Numbered from the stretch's first letter, positions 9,433 through 18,496 are shown. The stretch is 64,000 nucleotides of DNA from Pseudonocardiaceae bacterium (GCA_050699875.1 JBOHFX010000091.1:1631-65630), one strand, 5' to 3'. A program made the numbers and translations. Notes: a model not told the origin generated them from the sequence alone.

Positions 9433-10047
9433 ATGAGCACGCCGAAGGGGACCGGAGCCGGTGGGCGGCTGCGTACCGCCGGGTTGGCGCTGGTCGCGCT
9501 GGCGGTGATTGCCGTCGTGATCGGGTTGGTGGTGGCCGTCACGCGAGAACAGCAGCAGACGTCGACCGCCCCCGAACCGCCGCTTACCGCAACGGACGTT
9601 CCCAGCAGCCCATCGGCGGTTCCCTCCCTCATCCCCTATCCGCCGCCAGTGCCCTCGTTCCCCGCGGAAGCGCCGCCGGCCTCGCCGCCCGGCTCGCCCG
9701 GCTTCGCGCCGGGCCCGCCGGAGGCTGTGGAGGAGGCGCCGGTGAGCGACCAGGTTTCCAGTCGCGGCACAGTGCGGGTTTACAACAACAGCACCATCCG
9801 TGGTCTGGCTGCGCGAGCCGCCGATGATTTCACTGCCGCCGGTTGGACGGTGGTCGAGGTCGGCAACTATCCACAAGGGATCATTCCGACAACCACCGTG
9901 TACTACCCGGAGGGCACGGACGAGCAAGCCATCGCGGAGGCGATCGGCGCCGAGTTCGGGATGCGTGTCGAACCCCGGTTCTCCGGCATCGAGAACGCTC
10001 CTCCGGGCCTGATCGTGATCGTCACCAACGACTACGTGTCCCCGTAA
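9433..10047 (+). CDS. Membrane-anchored LytR_C-domain protein (Rv0431-like)
   Basis: N-terminal TM '[21 protein letters not shown]', a Pro-rich linker, and C-terminal '[33 protein letters not shown]...TVYY'. Confidence 0.7.
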   Translation: MSTPKGTGAGGRLRTAGLALVALAVIAVVIGLVVAVTREQQQTSTAPEPPLTATDVPSSPSAVPSLIPYPPPVPSFPAEAPPASPPGSPGFAPGPPEAVEEAPVSDQVSSRGTVRVYNNSTIRGLAARAADDFTAAGWTVVEVGNYPQGIIPTTTVYYPEGTDEQAIAEAIGAEFGMRVEPRFSGIENAPPGLIVIVTNDYVSP

Positions 10048-10105
10048 GCTGCCGACACCCGGACTCTCGGTCCAGCTCGACCTGCGGCAAATCTACCGAG
10101 CGGGG

Positions 10106-12295
10106 TCAGCCACGGCTGGTGGCGAAGGCCGCCAGCGCGGCGAGCTGTAGCGAGTCCAGAGAAGGGCGAACGGCCCGGCGGGCGGTGTCCAGGTGTGCCG
10201 CGGTCACCTCGGTGGCTTCCAGGGACTCCCGCATGGCCGTCAGTGCGGCCTCGCGGATCAGCGCCGCGCAGTCTGCTGCGGAGTAGCCCTCCAGCTCATC
10301 GGCCAACGCGTCGAGGTCCACGTCGGCGGCCAGCGGGGTGTTGCGGGCCGTGGCTCGGAGGATGGCCGCACGGGCCTGTGCATCGGGTGGCGGCACATAC
10401 ACCAGCCGCTCCAGCCGGCCGGGCCGCAACAGTGCCGGATCGATGAGCTCGGGGCGGTTGGTCGCGCCCAGCACCACCACGTCGCGCAGCGGCTCCACCC
10501 CGTCGAGCTCGGTGAGCAGCGCGGCAACCACCCGGTCTGCGACACCGGCGTCGGCGGAGCTGCCGCGCCGGGGGGCCAGCGCGTCGACCTCGTCGAGGAA
10601 GATCAGTGCCGGTGCGGCGTCGGAGGCGCGGCGGAACAGCTCCCGCACCGCCCGTTCCGATTCGCCGACCCACTTGTCCAGCAGCTCGGCGCCCTTGACG
10701 GAGAGCACGTTAAGCGCTCCGGACCCGGCCAGTGCCCGGACCAGGAAGGTCTTTCCACCGCCCGGAGGTCCGTAGAGCAGCACCCCGCGGGGCGGGTCGA
10801 CGCCGAGGCGCGTGAATGAATCGGGGTAGCGCAGCGGCCACAGCACCGCTTCGGTGAGCGCCTGCTTGGTCTGCGTCATGTCGCCGACGTCATCCAGCGT
10901 CAGCCCCCCGGTATTGATGGTGTCCGACGTGGACATCGAGATGGGACGGACGGTGTCCAGGGCGCCGATCAGATCCTGCTGGGTGATCACAAGCGTGGAC
11001 TCGGCGTCGCTGCTGGAGCGGTGGCGCAGCGAGGCGCGCACCGCTGCCTCGCGGCGTAGGGCGACAAGGTCAGCGGTGACGAATCCGGGAGTGCGCTCAC
11101 CCACGGCTGCAAGGTCGACCTCGGTGTGCAACGGTATCGCCCGGAGTAGTACCCGGAGCAGCTCGGTTCGGGTCCGGGCTTCCGGCAGCCCCAGCGACAG
11201 CTCGCGATCGATCAGGTCCGGCGCGCGCAGCCGCGGATCCACCGACTCGGGATGCGCGGTGGTGATCACCAGCGCAGCGCGGTCCAGCGCGGGCGCCAGA
11301 GCGTCGAGCACGACGGTGGCCAGCGGCGGCGGATTGGTTGCCGGCAACAGCGCCTCGACATCCGTGATCAACAGCACACTGGGCTGGTGCTGGTAGGCGG
11401 CCGCCACCGCGTCGTGCACCCGCTGGGCGGCGGCGCCAGGCTGTACCGCCGCCACGCTCGGTGCGGCCAGCTCGACGACATGAGCCCCGGCGTCGCGGGC
11501 CACCGCCCGCACCATCGTGGCCTTGCCGACCCCCTCGGGGCCGTGCACCGCCACCCCGAGGCGAGGGCTCGCTCCGAGGCTGCGCAGCAGGTCCGGTCGC
11601 TGGAAAGTGAGTTCGAACCACTCGGCCAGCCGCCGGGCGGCGTCCTGGGCGCCCACCAGATCGGCCACCGCGGGCGTTGGGGATGCTGGCCTGGCGCCGC
11701 TGGAAAGCTGCAACGGCCCAGGCACGTCTCCGGTGCGCGCGCCGTCGCGCCAGCCGACCACAGTGGACGGGTGTGGCGCGACCGGCCCGGTGGGGTCGGT
11801 GGCGGTCACGGTGAGCAGCTCGTTGGTCCACGTCATCCCGATCGCAGCTGCCAGCCGGCGACGCACGCCCGCCACGTCCGACCCGGGCGCCAGATCCTGC
11901 GGAAGCAGGGAGACCGCATCTCCGGTGGTGATCACCTTGCCGGCCAGCGCGAGCCGCAGCGTCTCGGGGCTTACCGAATGGTTGACGAGTGCGGATCCGG
12001 TGACGGTGATGGATCGGGCGGCGGGCACCTGCACCGGTGCGAGCACCACCTCGGAGCCCTCGGTCAACCCCAGGTTGGACAGCGTGAGGTCATCGAGCAG
12101 CGCGATACCGGGGGCGGTGGTCTGCCCAGCGGCCGCCAGCGCCGCGCTGACTCGGGCCCCGGTGAGCCGCACGGCGTCCCACGGCCGCAGCCCCAACGCG
12201 TCGAGCACCTCCGGGTGCAGCCGGACCACACCGCGTCGCGCATCAAGGGCGGAGGTGGTGAGCCTGGCGGTCAAGGTGATCTGCGGCGCGCTCAC
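10106..12295 (-). CDS. Cdc48/VCP-like AAA+ ATPase with two AAA modules (Rv0435c-like)
   Basis: Walker A 'GPEGVGKATM' (D1) and 'GPPGGGKTFL' (D2); 'IFLDEVDAL' Walker B; N-domain 'RGVVRLHPEVLDALGLRPWDAVRLTG'. Start uncertain: GTG at 12295 is preferred over the ORF start at 12406. Confidence 0.85.
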   Translation of the reverse strand: MSAPQITLTARLTTSALDARRGVVRLHPEVLDALGLRPWDAVRLTGARVSAALAAAGQTTAPGIALLDDLTLSNLGLTEGSEVVLAPVQVPAARSITVTGSALVNHSVSPETLRLALAGKVITTGDAVSLLPQDLAPGSDVAGVRRRLAAAIGMTWTNELLTVTATDPTGPVAPHPSTVVGWRDGARTGDVPGPLQLSSGARPASPTPAVADLVGAQDAARRLAEWFELTFQRPDLLRSLGASPRLGVAVHGPEGVGKATMVRAVARDAGAHVVELAAPSVAAVQPGAAAQRVHDAVAAAYQHQPSVLLITDVEALLPATNPPPLATVVLDALAPALDRAALVITTAHPESVDPRLRAPDLIDRELSLGLPEARTRTELLRVLLRAIPLHTEVDLAAVGERTPGFVTADLVALRREAAVRASLRHRSSSDAESTLVITQQDLIGALDTVRPISMSTSDTINTGGLTLDDVGDMTQTKQALTEAVLWPLRYPDSFTRLGVDPPRGVLLYGPPGGGKTFLVRALAGSGALNVLSVKGAELLDKWVGESERAVRELFRRASDAAPALIFLDEVDALAPRRGSSADAGVADRVVAALLTELDGVEPLRDVVVLGATNRPELIDPALLRPGRLERLVYVPPPDAQARAAILRATARNTPLAADVDLDALADELEGYSAADCAALIREAALTAMRESLEATEVTAAHLDTARRAVRPSLDSLQLAALAAFATSRG

Positions 12296-12446
12296 GACGA
12301 CTGAGCCTACGTCAGCGCAACCGCGCGTCAGGGCTCCTCCATGCTGCGCCGGATTGGGCTCCGGGACTCGCCTCGGCCGACGAGCACCATCCGGCGTTCG
12401 TCTCATCAGCCGCTGTCACGGCGCGGTATGCGGATGCGCTATGGAG

Positions 12447-12492
12447 GTGCAACAGATGGCAACTTTGGGCGAGAAGTTGCCATCTGTGGCAC
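12447..12492 (-). terminator. Strong hairpin 31 nt downstream of the glycosyltransferase stop (likely operon terminator; no U-tract)
   Basis: ACAGATGGCAACTT (12452-12465) pairs perfectly with AAGTTGCCATCTGT (12474-12487), with an 8-nt loop. Four further bp follow one mismatch. Confidence 0.5.
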
Positions 12493-12523
12493 GTCTGCAT
12501 GGGGGACAGTTGTTTTCCAGAGT

Positions 12524-13615
12524 TCATCGAAGGTGCAAGTAGAAGTCCAGATGGCAGTGCGCGGCAGCTGACCAGGTGTAGCGGGCGGCGAGCGCGCGGC
12601 CGGCTTGCTCGGCAGCCGGGTCCGGATCAGTGAGCCCGGCCTCCAGTTTCGTCGCAAGCTCGGCCGGGTCGTCGGCGAAGCAGGCGACGCCGGTGAAGAT
12701 CTCCCGGAATACCGGCAGGTTCGTCACGACCAACGGGATGCCGGCGGCCAGCGCCTCCATCGCGGCCAGTCCGAAACCTTCCTTGGTGGACGGAAACGCG
12801 AACACACCCGCGGCGGCTACCAGCGCGGGCAGCGCGTCATGGTCCACCGGTCCGAGCACCACCGGCTCGACCCCGAGCTCATCGGCTCGCTGCTCCCAGC
12901 GGGCCCGGTAGTCCCGGTAGTCGAACAGGGTCTCCCCACCGGCGATCACCAGATGCACGTCCGGCATCCGCGCACTGAGCAGGGCATAGGCCTCTAGCAG
13001 TTTCAGCGATCCTTTGCGGGGCTCGATACCCCCGACGGCCAGCACGTACCGGCCAAACCACGACCGCCACGCGGCCCGGGCGCCGGCACCGGCCGGGCCG
13101 GCAGCACTGCGGAACCGGTGCGCGTCCACGCCGTTCGGGATGACCGTCGCAGTGATCCCCCAACCGTCGATCAATTCATCGGCGACCGAGGTGGACACGC
13201 AGACATGTGCGGACGGGTTGACGATGGCGCGTTCGTGGCAGGCGACCAGCTCGGGGGTGCTGAAGTGGTCGATGTGATGCACGGTGCGCACGCAGCGGTC
13301 GACGGCGTTAGCGCTGATGCAGTCCTGCGCGTGCACCACGTCATAACCGGTCGGGTCGAAAGCGTCCCGCAGCACCTCGATGGAACGCAGGATTCGGGGC
13401 CCGAAATCCTCTTCGGCGACGTCGGGAAACGGGGCGATTCGCAGTTCTATTCTAGGGTCGACGGGTCGGAAGAACGTGCAATCCCCGCCGCGGTCCAGCG
13501 CCCATACCGTCACCCGCTGGTCCAGTGCGACGAGAGCCTCTGCCAGCGACAGCGTGTGCACTACGCTGCCCCGCGGTCTGGTCGAGTACGTGAGCAGCGC
13601 TATCGACAGCCGCAT
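12524..13615 (-). CDS. GT4-family glycosyltransferase (MSMEG_0565-type, last gene of the cluster)
   Basis: 363 aa. 'MRLSIALLTYSTRPRGSVVHTLSLAEAL' at the N-terminus and 'FPSTKEGFGLAAMEALAAGIPLVVTN' (the E-x7-E region of GT-B enzymes). Confidence 0.8.
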   Translation of the reverse strand: MRLSIALLTYSTRPRGSVVHTLSLAEALVALDQRVTVWALDRGGDCTFFRPVDPRIELRIAPFPDVAEEDFGPRILRSIEVLRDAFDPTGYDVVHAQDCISANAVDRCVRTVHHIDHFSTPELVACHERAIVNPSAHVCVSTSVADELIDGWGITATVIPNGVDAHRFRSAAGPAGAGARAAWRSWFGRYVLAVGGIEPRKGSLKLLEAYALLSARMPDVHLVIAGGETLFDYRDYRARWEQRADELGVEPVVLGPVDHDALPALVAAAGVFAFPSTKEGFGLAAMEALAAGIPLVVTNLPVFREIFTGVACFADDPAELATKLEAGLTDPDPAAEQAGRALAARYTWSAAAHCHLDFYLHLR

Positions 13616-14445
13616 CAGTCAACCCGGTACACGCCGGGCTTGCGCTCGTCGATGTGCCGCAGGACCCGGCGAGCCTTGGCGATCTCCGCGGCGACGTCCA
13701 GCTCGGCGGTCGCGATACCGGCTTTGGACCAGGTGCGGGCCAGAATGTCACCGCCGGGTCCGACTACTTTCGCTTGCCCGAGGAAGCGCAGTTCGCCGAG
13801 CATCCCCGTTTGGTTGGATGAGACCAACACGATCTGGTTCTCCGCTGCTCTGGCCTGGTCGTAGAGGTCGAACAGCCGGGCTTGGCGGTCCTGGGCCATC
13901 CGTGGTGCGCGGTCGGTGAGGCTGGCCGGCCACGCTGATAAACAGGCCAGCACGTCGGCACCGTCCAGCGTGAGGGTGCGGGCCGATTCCGGAAAGGTCT
14001 TGTCGTAATCGATTAACATCCCGATCCGGCCAATCGGCGTGTCGAATGCGGAGAAACGCTCACCCGCCGAATACGCGATCGATTCGCCGGCGGGCTGATG
14101 AACCTTGCGATGGCTGCCCAGCACCCCGTCCCCATGCACGCACAGCGCAGTGTTGAAGCGCCGATCCCCGTCAGCTTCACAGAAACCGAAGCACACCACC
14201 ATCTCGGCCGCCAAGGAAGCGACCTTGCGGACGTGCGGATCATCAAGCGGCAGGGCGGGCGGTAACGCAGCCGGATCGGGCCGGCGCAGGTCGCCGAGGT
14301 AACCGCCGAGCGCCGCGTCGGGCAGCACCAGCAGCGCCACCCCGGACCGGCGGGCGTGCTCGATCAGCGTGGCCACCCGCTGCAGGTCGAAGTCGAGATC
14401 ACGACCGAACTTCGCGGCCACGGCGCCGATCCGGATCGCAGTCAT
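13615..14445 (-). CDS. Carbon-nitrogen hydrolase paralogue lacking the catalytic Glu and Cys (predicted pseudo-enzyme)
   Basis: About 70% identical over long stretches to the neighbouring nitrilase, but reads 'LLVLPDAALGGY' (Glu to Asp) and 'GMLIDYDKTFPE' (Cys to Asp). 'HRKVHQP' Lys is retained. Start at 'MTAIRIGAV'. Confidence 0.75.
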   Translation of the reverse strand: MTAIRIGAVAAKFGRDLDFDLQRVATLIEHARRSGVALLVLPDAALGGYLGDLRRPDPAALPPALPLDDPHVRKVASLAAEMVVCFGFCEADGDRRFNTALCVHGDGVLGSHRKVHQPAGESIAYSAGERFSAFDTPIGRIGMLIDYDKTFPESARTLTLDGADVLACLSAWPASLTDRAPRMAQDRQARLFDLYDQARAAENQIVLVSSNQTGMLGELRFLGQAKVVGPGGDILARTWSKAGIATAELDVAAEIAKARRVLRHIDERKPGVYRVD

Positions 14446-14453
14446 CTCAGGTG

Positions 14454-15344
14454 TCAGTATGGAAGGCGACTGCTTTCTGCGGGACAATCCTGCGGGACAC
14501 CCGCGTCCGGGCTGACCCTGTCGAGCCCGGCGTAGGCGTCTGGTCGGCGATCGCGCAGGTGGGCCATCGACCGGCGGGCCGTCTCCAGTGCTTCCTGGAC
14601 ATCCAGCTCGGCAACCGCAAGGCCGGCCTGCACGCCGGTGTCGGTCAGGATGTCACCGCCGGGATCGACGACCTTGGCGCTGGCCACGAACCGCAGCGAC
14701 CCGAACTGGCCGGATTGGTTGGCCGATAGCCAGATGATCTGGTTCTCCAGCGCTCGCACTCGGTCGAACAAGTCAAACCGGCGTTTCCAGCGGTCCTGAT
14801 GCAGGTTCGGTGCCGCCTTGGTGCGGCTGGCCGGCCACGCGGACAAGCACATCACCACCTCGGCCCCGTCCAGTGCCAGCGCCCGGGCGGACTCGGGGAA
14901 CGCCTTGTCATAGCAGATCATCATGCCCAGCCGCCCCACTGGGGTGTCGAAGGCGGTGAAGCGGCTACCCGCGGTGTAGCTGGCGTCCTCACGGAGCGGC
15001 TGATGCACTTTCCGATGGTGGCCCAGCACCCCGTCCCCGGTCACGCAGATGGCACTGTTGTAGAGCTGGTTCGCGTGCTGCTCGCAGTAGCCGACCGCGA
15101 CGACCATCTCCTTCGCCAGCCGCACCAGCCGGCGGATTTCCGACCCGTCCCGAGACAGCGGTGGCGGCAGCCCGGCCGCGCCGTTGAGGTTGGCCAGGTA
15201 CCCGCCCAACGCCGCTTCGGGCAAGGCGAGCAACCGCACTTCCGCGTCCCGAGCGGTGTCGATGAGCCGCTCGATGCGGGCGAAGTCGGCTTCCAGATCC
15301 CGGTCGAAGCCGGCTGCCGCCGCGGCCATCCGTAGCAGGTTCAT
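14454..15344 (-). CDS. Nitrilase / CN-hydrolase with intact Glu-Lys-Cys triad (Sll0784/MSMEG_0571-type)
   Basis: 'LLALPEAALGGY' (Glu), 'HRKVHQP' (Lys), 'GMMICYDKAFPE' (Cys). Its start overlaps the stop of the upstream gene (15341-15344). Confidence 0.8.
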   Translation of the reverse strand: MNLLRMAAAAAGFDRDLEADFARIERLIDTARDAEVRLLALPEAALGGYLANLNGAAGLPPPLSRDGSEIRRLVRLAKEMVVAVGYCEQHANQLYNSAICVTGDGVLGHHRKVHQPLREDASYTAGSRFTAFDTPVGRLGMMICYDKAFPESARALALDGAEVVMCLSAWPASRTKAAPNLHQDRWKRRFDLFDRVRALENQIIWLSANQSGQFGSLRFVASAKVVDPGGDILTDTGVQAGLAVAELDVQEALETARRSMAHLRDRRPDAYAGLDRVSPDAGVPQDCPAESSRLPY

Positions 15345-16765
15345 GCCGCCCCAAGCCCCGTCACCGCGTCCGTGATCACCTCGGTCAGCGCTCCGTCCGG
15401 CCAGCGCAGCGCCACCCCGCAGCCCGGAACTAACTCACCACAGTCCGCGGTGACCGCCGGTGACGCCTCCGGTGGCGGGCGCTCCGCCTGGTCGGCGGTG
15501 AGCATTCCGAAGCCGGGGAAACAGCTGAACCAATCGCCGACGCTGGCCTGCGCAGGACGGGGCACCGCGGCGACCTCAAGCACGGCCCGGCAACCGCTGG
15601 CCTCGGCGAGCATGCCAAGTGTGCCGGCCAGGCCCGCCATCGAGACGTCCTTGGCGGCGGCCGGACCGGCCACGGCCACCGAGCCGAGCATCGCGCGCAG
15701 CTCGGGGGTCCGCCGGTGGGAGGTGGAGTCCCACTGGCGACCGGCATATCCGGGCCGCCACCCACCCGCGGTGACTGCGATGTCTACCGTGTACCGGATG
15801 CGGTGGCCCGGACGGCCGCTACCGCCACGGATCGGATGCGCCGCGCGACCCAGCGCGGTGACCGACAGCGCGGCGGGCACGCCGAGCTGAGTGTGACCGC
15901 CGAGCACCGGGACGCCGTAAGCTTGGCTGGCGCGACGCAATCCGGCCAGCACCCGGCTGGCGAACGAGCGGTCCCGCGCTCCCAGCGCGTCGAGCAGGCC
16001 GACCGGCGTCGCGCCCATGGCTGCCAGGTCGTTGACGTTGACCAGGACCGAGCACCAACCGGCCCACTCCGGGTCACGTTCGACCATCGACGGCAGGATC
16101 GCATCGCAGGCGGCTACCAGGTCACTGCCGGGTACCGGGGCACCATCGTCGCCGACGTAACCAATCCCGCCCGGCGCGAGCTCGGATAGCAGCCCTCCGA
16201 GCTCGGCCTTGGTGGCGGCGACCAGCGCAGCGATCCGGTCGATCGGCCAACGCATCAGCATGTGCGCGGTTCCGGCGACGATTACCGGGCGCACCGGGAT
16301 CCAGCCGAGCCGGGTGAAGAACACCTCATTGCGGGCCTGGACGGTCGCCTCGAAGCGCAGCACTCCAGCGCTTTCCGCGTGCGCGCAGGCGGCCCGAACC
16401 AGGGCAGCACCGACGCCGCGCAGCGGGCAGCGCGGGTCCGCCACGAGCCGCCCGCCATACCACCACCCGAGGTCGGGACCGTTATCTACCGGGCCGAGTC
16501 GCACGCCGCCGAGCACGGAGCCCTCGACGTTGCGGGCCACCAGGACCAGCGTCCGGGGGTCGTCATCGCGGTCGTCGCGGTCGTGATCGGTGAACAAGCC
16601 CTGCCGGTGCACGAACACCTCGGTTCGCAGCCGGTAGTAGGCGTCCCGGGTCGCCGGGTCTGCTGCCGGTGTTATCTGGAAGTCGGCTCGCTGGGCTGGT
16701 TGGCCGAGCAGCGCTTCGCCCAGGCCATGGGCGCTGCGGTAGGCCACTGAGGTCGTCGTGTGCAC
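15341..16765 (-). CDS. Fusion protein: N-terminal GNAT acetyltransferase plus AIR-synthase-related (PurM-like) domain (Sll0786/Sll0787-type)
   Basis: The GNAT part reads 'LRGVGAALVRAACAHAESAGVLRFEATVQARNEVFFTRLGW'. The PurM-like part reads 'VLVNVNDLAAMGATPVGLLDALG...GVPVLGGHTQLG'. GTG start at 16765, 2 nt after the radical SAM stop. The 599-aa ORF start is an overprint on the upstream gene. Confidence 0.75.
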   Translation of the reverse strand: MHTTTSVAYRSAHGLGEALLGQPAQRADFQITPAADPATRDAYYRLRTEVFVHRQGLFTDHDRDDRDDDPRTLVLVARNVEGSVLGGVRLGPVDNGPDLGWWYGGRLVADPRCPLRGVGAALVRAACAHAESAGVLRFEATVQARNEVFFTRLGWIPVRPVIVAGTAHMLMRWPIDRIAALVAATKAELGGLLSELAPGGIGYVGDDGAPVPGSDLVAACDAILPSMVERDPEWAGWCSVLVNVNDLAAMGATPVGLLDALGARDRSFASRVLAGLRRASQAYGVPVLGGHTQLGVPAALSVTALGRAAHPIRGGSGRPGHRIRYTVDIAVTAGGWRPGYAGRQWDSTSHRRTPELRAMLGSVAVAGPAAAKDVSMAGLAGTLGMLAEASGCRAVLEVAAVPRPAQASVGDWFSCFPGFGMLTADQAERPPPEASPAVTADCGELVPGCGVALRWPDGALTEVITDAVTGLGAA

Positions 16766-16767
16766 GG

Positions 16768-17835
16768 TCAGGCTCCTGCCGCCGACAGCGCGCCGCATGC
16801 CCCGCACGCCGCGCAGCCGGCCTGCTGGTCGGCGCCGATCATGCCGGCGGCGCGCAGTGCGGCAGCTACCCGCTCGGTGACGTACCGGACCAGCGTGGCG
16901 GGTGGTGCGCCGATGCCGTCCCGACGGGCCAGCGTGCCGGCCATCGGGCGGAACGGCACCACGAACGGGTACACCCCCCGCTCGATCAACCGGGTTGCAC
17001 CGGCGACCAGCTCGTCCGGGTCCTCGCCCAACCCCACCAGCAGGTAGGTCGACACCCGGTTGCGACCGAAGACTCGCACGGCCTCGTCCCAGGCCGCTTC
17101 GTACTCGGCCATCGGCACTGCACCTTTGCCGGGCATCCACCGCCTGCGCACGTCGTCGTCGAGCGACTCGACGTGGATCCCGATCGCGGTTACACCGGCC
17201 TCGCGCAGGTCGGTGAGGACAGCGAGGTCTCCGGGTGGCTCAATCTGCACCTGGATGGGCAGACCTGGCACTGCTTTGAGCACCGCCCGCACGCAGCGGA
17301 CGAGGTAGCGGGCACCGCGGTCGGGGCCAGCCGTCGTGCCGGTCGTCATCACCATCTGCCGGATCCCATCCAGCCGCACGGCCGCCTGCGCCACCTCAGC
17401 CAACTGGGCCGGGGTCTTGGCCGCGATGGTCGCGCCGGCTCGCAGTGACTCCTCGATGGTGCAGAACCGGCAGCGCTGGTCCTCGGTGTAGCGGATGCAG
17501 GTCTGCACCACGGTGGTGGCCAGTACGTCAGCGCCGTGCAGGCGGGCGATCTGCTCGTACGGCACTCCGTCGGTGGTGGCCAGATCGTAGAACCGGGGCC
17601 GGTTGACGAGCTGGAGCGCCAGCCCGGTGTCCAGCTCCCCGAGGAAGATCCGGCCATCGTGCAGCCGGTAGGGACTGTCCGGGTTGCGGGGTAACGCGGC
17701 GTTGACACCGTCGACGAGCACGTGGCCGTCATCGCTGGGTCCGGCCCCGTCCGGGCGCCGAACCGGTGCTTCCATCTGCACGCCCTGCAACGCGATATCA
17801 ACCCGAGTCGCCAGTCTCTCGGCTGTGGTACCCAT
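16768..17835 (-). CDS. Radical SAM enzyme (MSMEG_0568-type) with C-x8-C-x2-C cluster motif and a C-terminal CxxCxxC tail
   Basis: 'TVVQTCIRYTEDQRCRFCTIEES'; TIM-barrel-like 'MVMTTGTT' and 'IGIHVESLDD'. The tail is 'QAGCAACGACGALSAAGA'. GGAGG lies 6 nt upstream of the ATG at 17835. Confidence 0.8.
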   Translation of the reverse strand: MGTTAERLATRVDIALQGVQMEAPVRRPDGAGPSDDGHVLVDGVNAALPRNPDSPYRLHDGRIFLGELDTGLALQLVNRPRFYDLATTDGVPYEQIARLHGADVLATTVVQTCIRYTEDQRCRFCTIEESLRAGATIAAKTPAQLAEVAQAAVRLDGIRQMVMTTGTTAGPDRGARYLVRCVRAVLKAVPGLPIQVQIEPPGDLAVLTDLREAGVTAIGIHVESLDDDVRRRWMPGKGAVPMAEYEAAWDEAVRVFGRNRVSTYLLVGLGEDPDELVAGATRLIERGVYPFVVPFRPMAGTLARRDGIGAPPATLVRYVTERVAAALRAAGMIGADQQAGCAACGACGALSAAGA

Positions 17836-17959
17836 CGCTGCCTCCTCACCAGAGATCTTTGAGTGCACTCGGCCCCGAACCCGACAGCAGAGCCGTCCGG
17901 CTGCCTTGGCGAGCTCGGCTGTCGAGTTCAGTAAGGACAGGGCTGTGACCAGGGGACGC

Positions 17960-18472
17960 CTAGAACATGTAGGTGGAATTGATGATCGCTCCCTTACGCG
18001 CGTAGTGGATCAACGCGTCCTGCACGTCGAGGGGATGGGTCGGGATGACGCCTTCGATGAGGTCCTCCTCGCGGGCGCCGTGCAGCGAAAGGCCGAAGCG
18101 GCAGCAGAACACCTTGCCGCCCTCTTTCATGAATGTCTTCAACGAGTCGTTGATGTTGTGCTCTCCGGGGAACGCCGAATTACCGGTGGTGGGGAAGCCG
18201 CGGGTGGCGAGGCAGTTCAGCGACCCCGGGCCGTAGAAGTAGATCGCCGACTCGAAGCCCTTCCGCTGCGCCCGGGTGGCCTGCAGGATAGCCACAAAAC
18301 TGACCGATGATTCGTGCGCGATTCCGTGTACCAGCGTGAAATACGTCTCGCCGTTTTCGGCCTGGTAATCCGGGAAAACCTTGGTTCCGCCATAAATGTT
18401 GGATCCTTCGGGCAGCGACGGGTGCGGGATCTCCTCAAGACTCTGCTTCTCGATGTCGGTCAGATCGGCCAT
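17960..18472 (-). CDS. Sll0783/MSMEG_0572-family protein (nitrogen-starvation-associated, function unknown)
   Basis: 170 aa: 'MADLTDIEKQSLEEIPHP...FVAILQATRAQRKGFESAIYFYGPG...CCRFGLSLHG'. GAGGAGG lies 7 nt upstream of the ATG at 18472. Family assignment is by recollection and cluster context. Confidence 0.65.
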   Translation of the reverse strand: MADLTDIEKQSLEEIPHPSLPEGSNIYGGTKVFPDYQAENGETYFTLVHGIAHESSVSFVAILQATRAQRKGFESAIYFYGPGSLNCLATRGFPTTGNSAFPGEHNINDSLKTFMKEGGKVFCCRFGLSLHGAREEDLIEGVIPTHPLDVQDALIHYARKGAIINSTYMF

Positions 18473-18496
18473 GTGACGCCTCCTCATCAGTTGGAT

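Noticed and set aside
8962-9927. Long N-terminal extension of the def ORF (the 529-aa ORF 8338-9927), and similar 5' extensions of ORFs 15341-17140, 18497-19564, 21813-22823, 46825-48405 and 48091-49638.
   Set aside because: The extensions are Arg/Gly/Pro-rich, overlap bona fide neighbouring genes on the same or opposite strand, and precede recognisable conserved N-termini that have their own start codons and, in several cases, Shine-Dalgarno sites. This is typical stop-codon-poor read-through in high-GC DNA.
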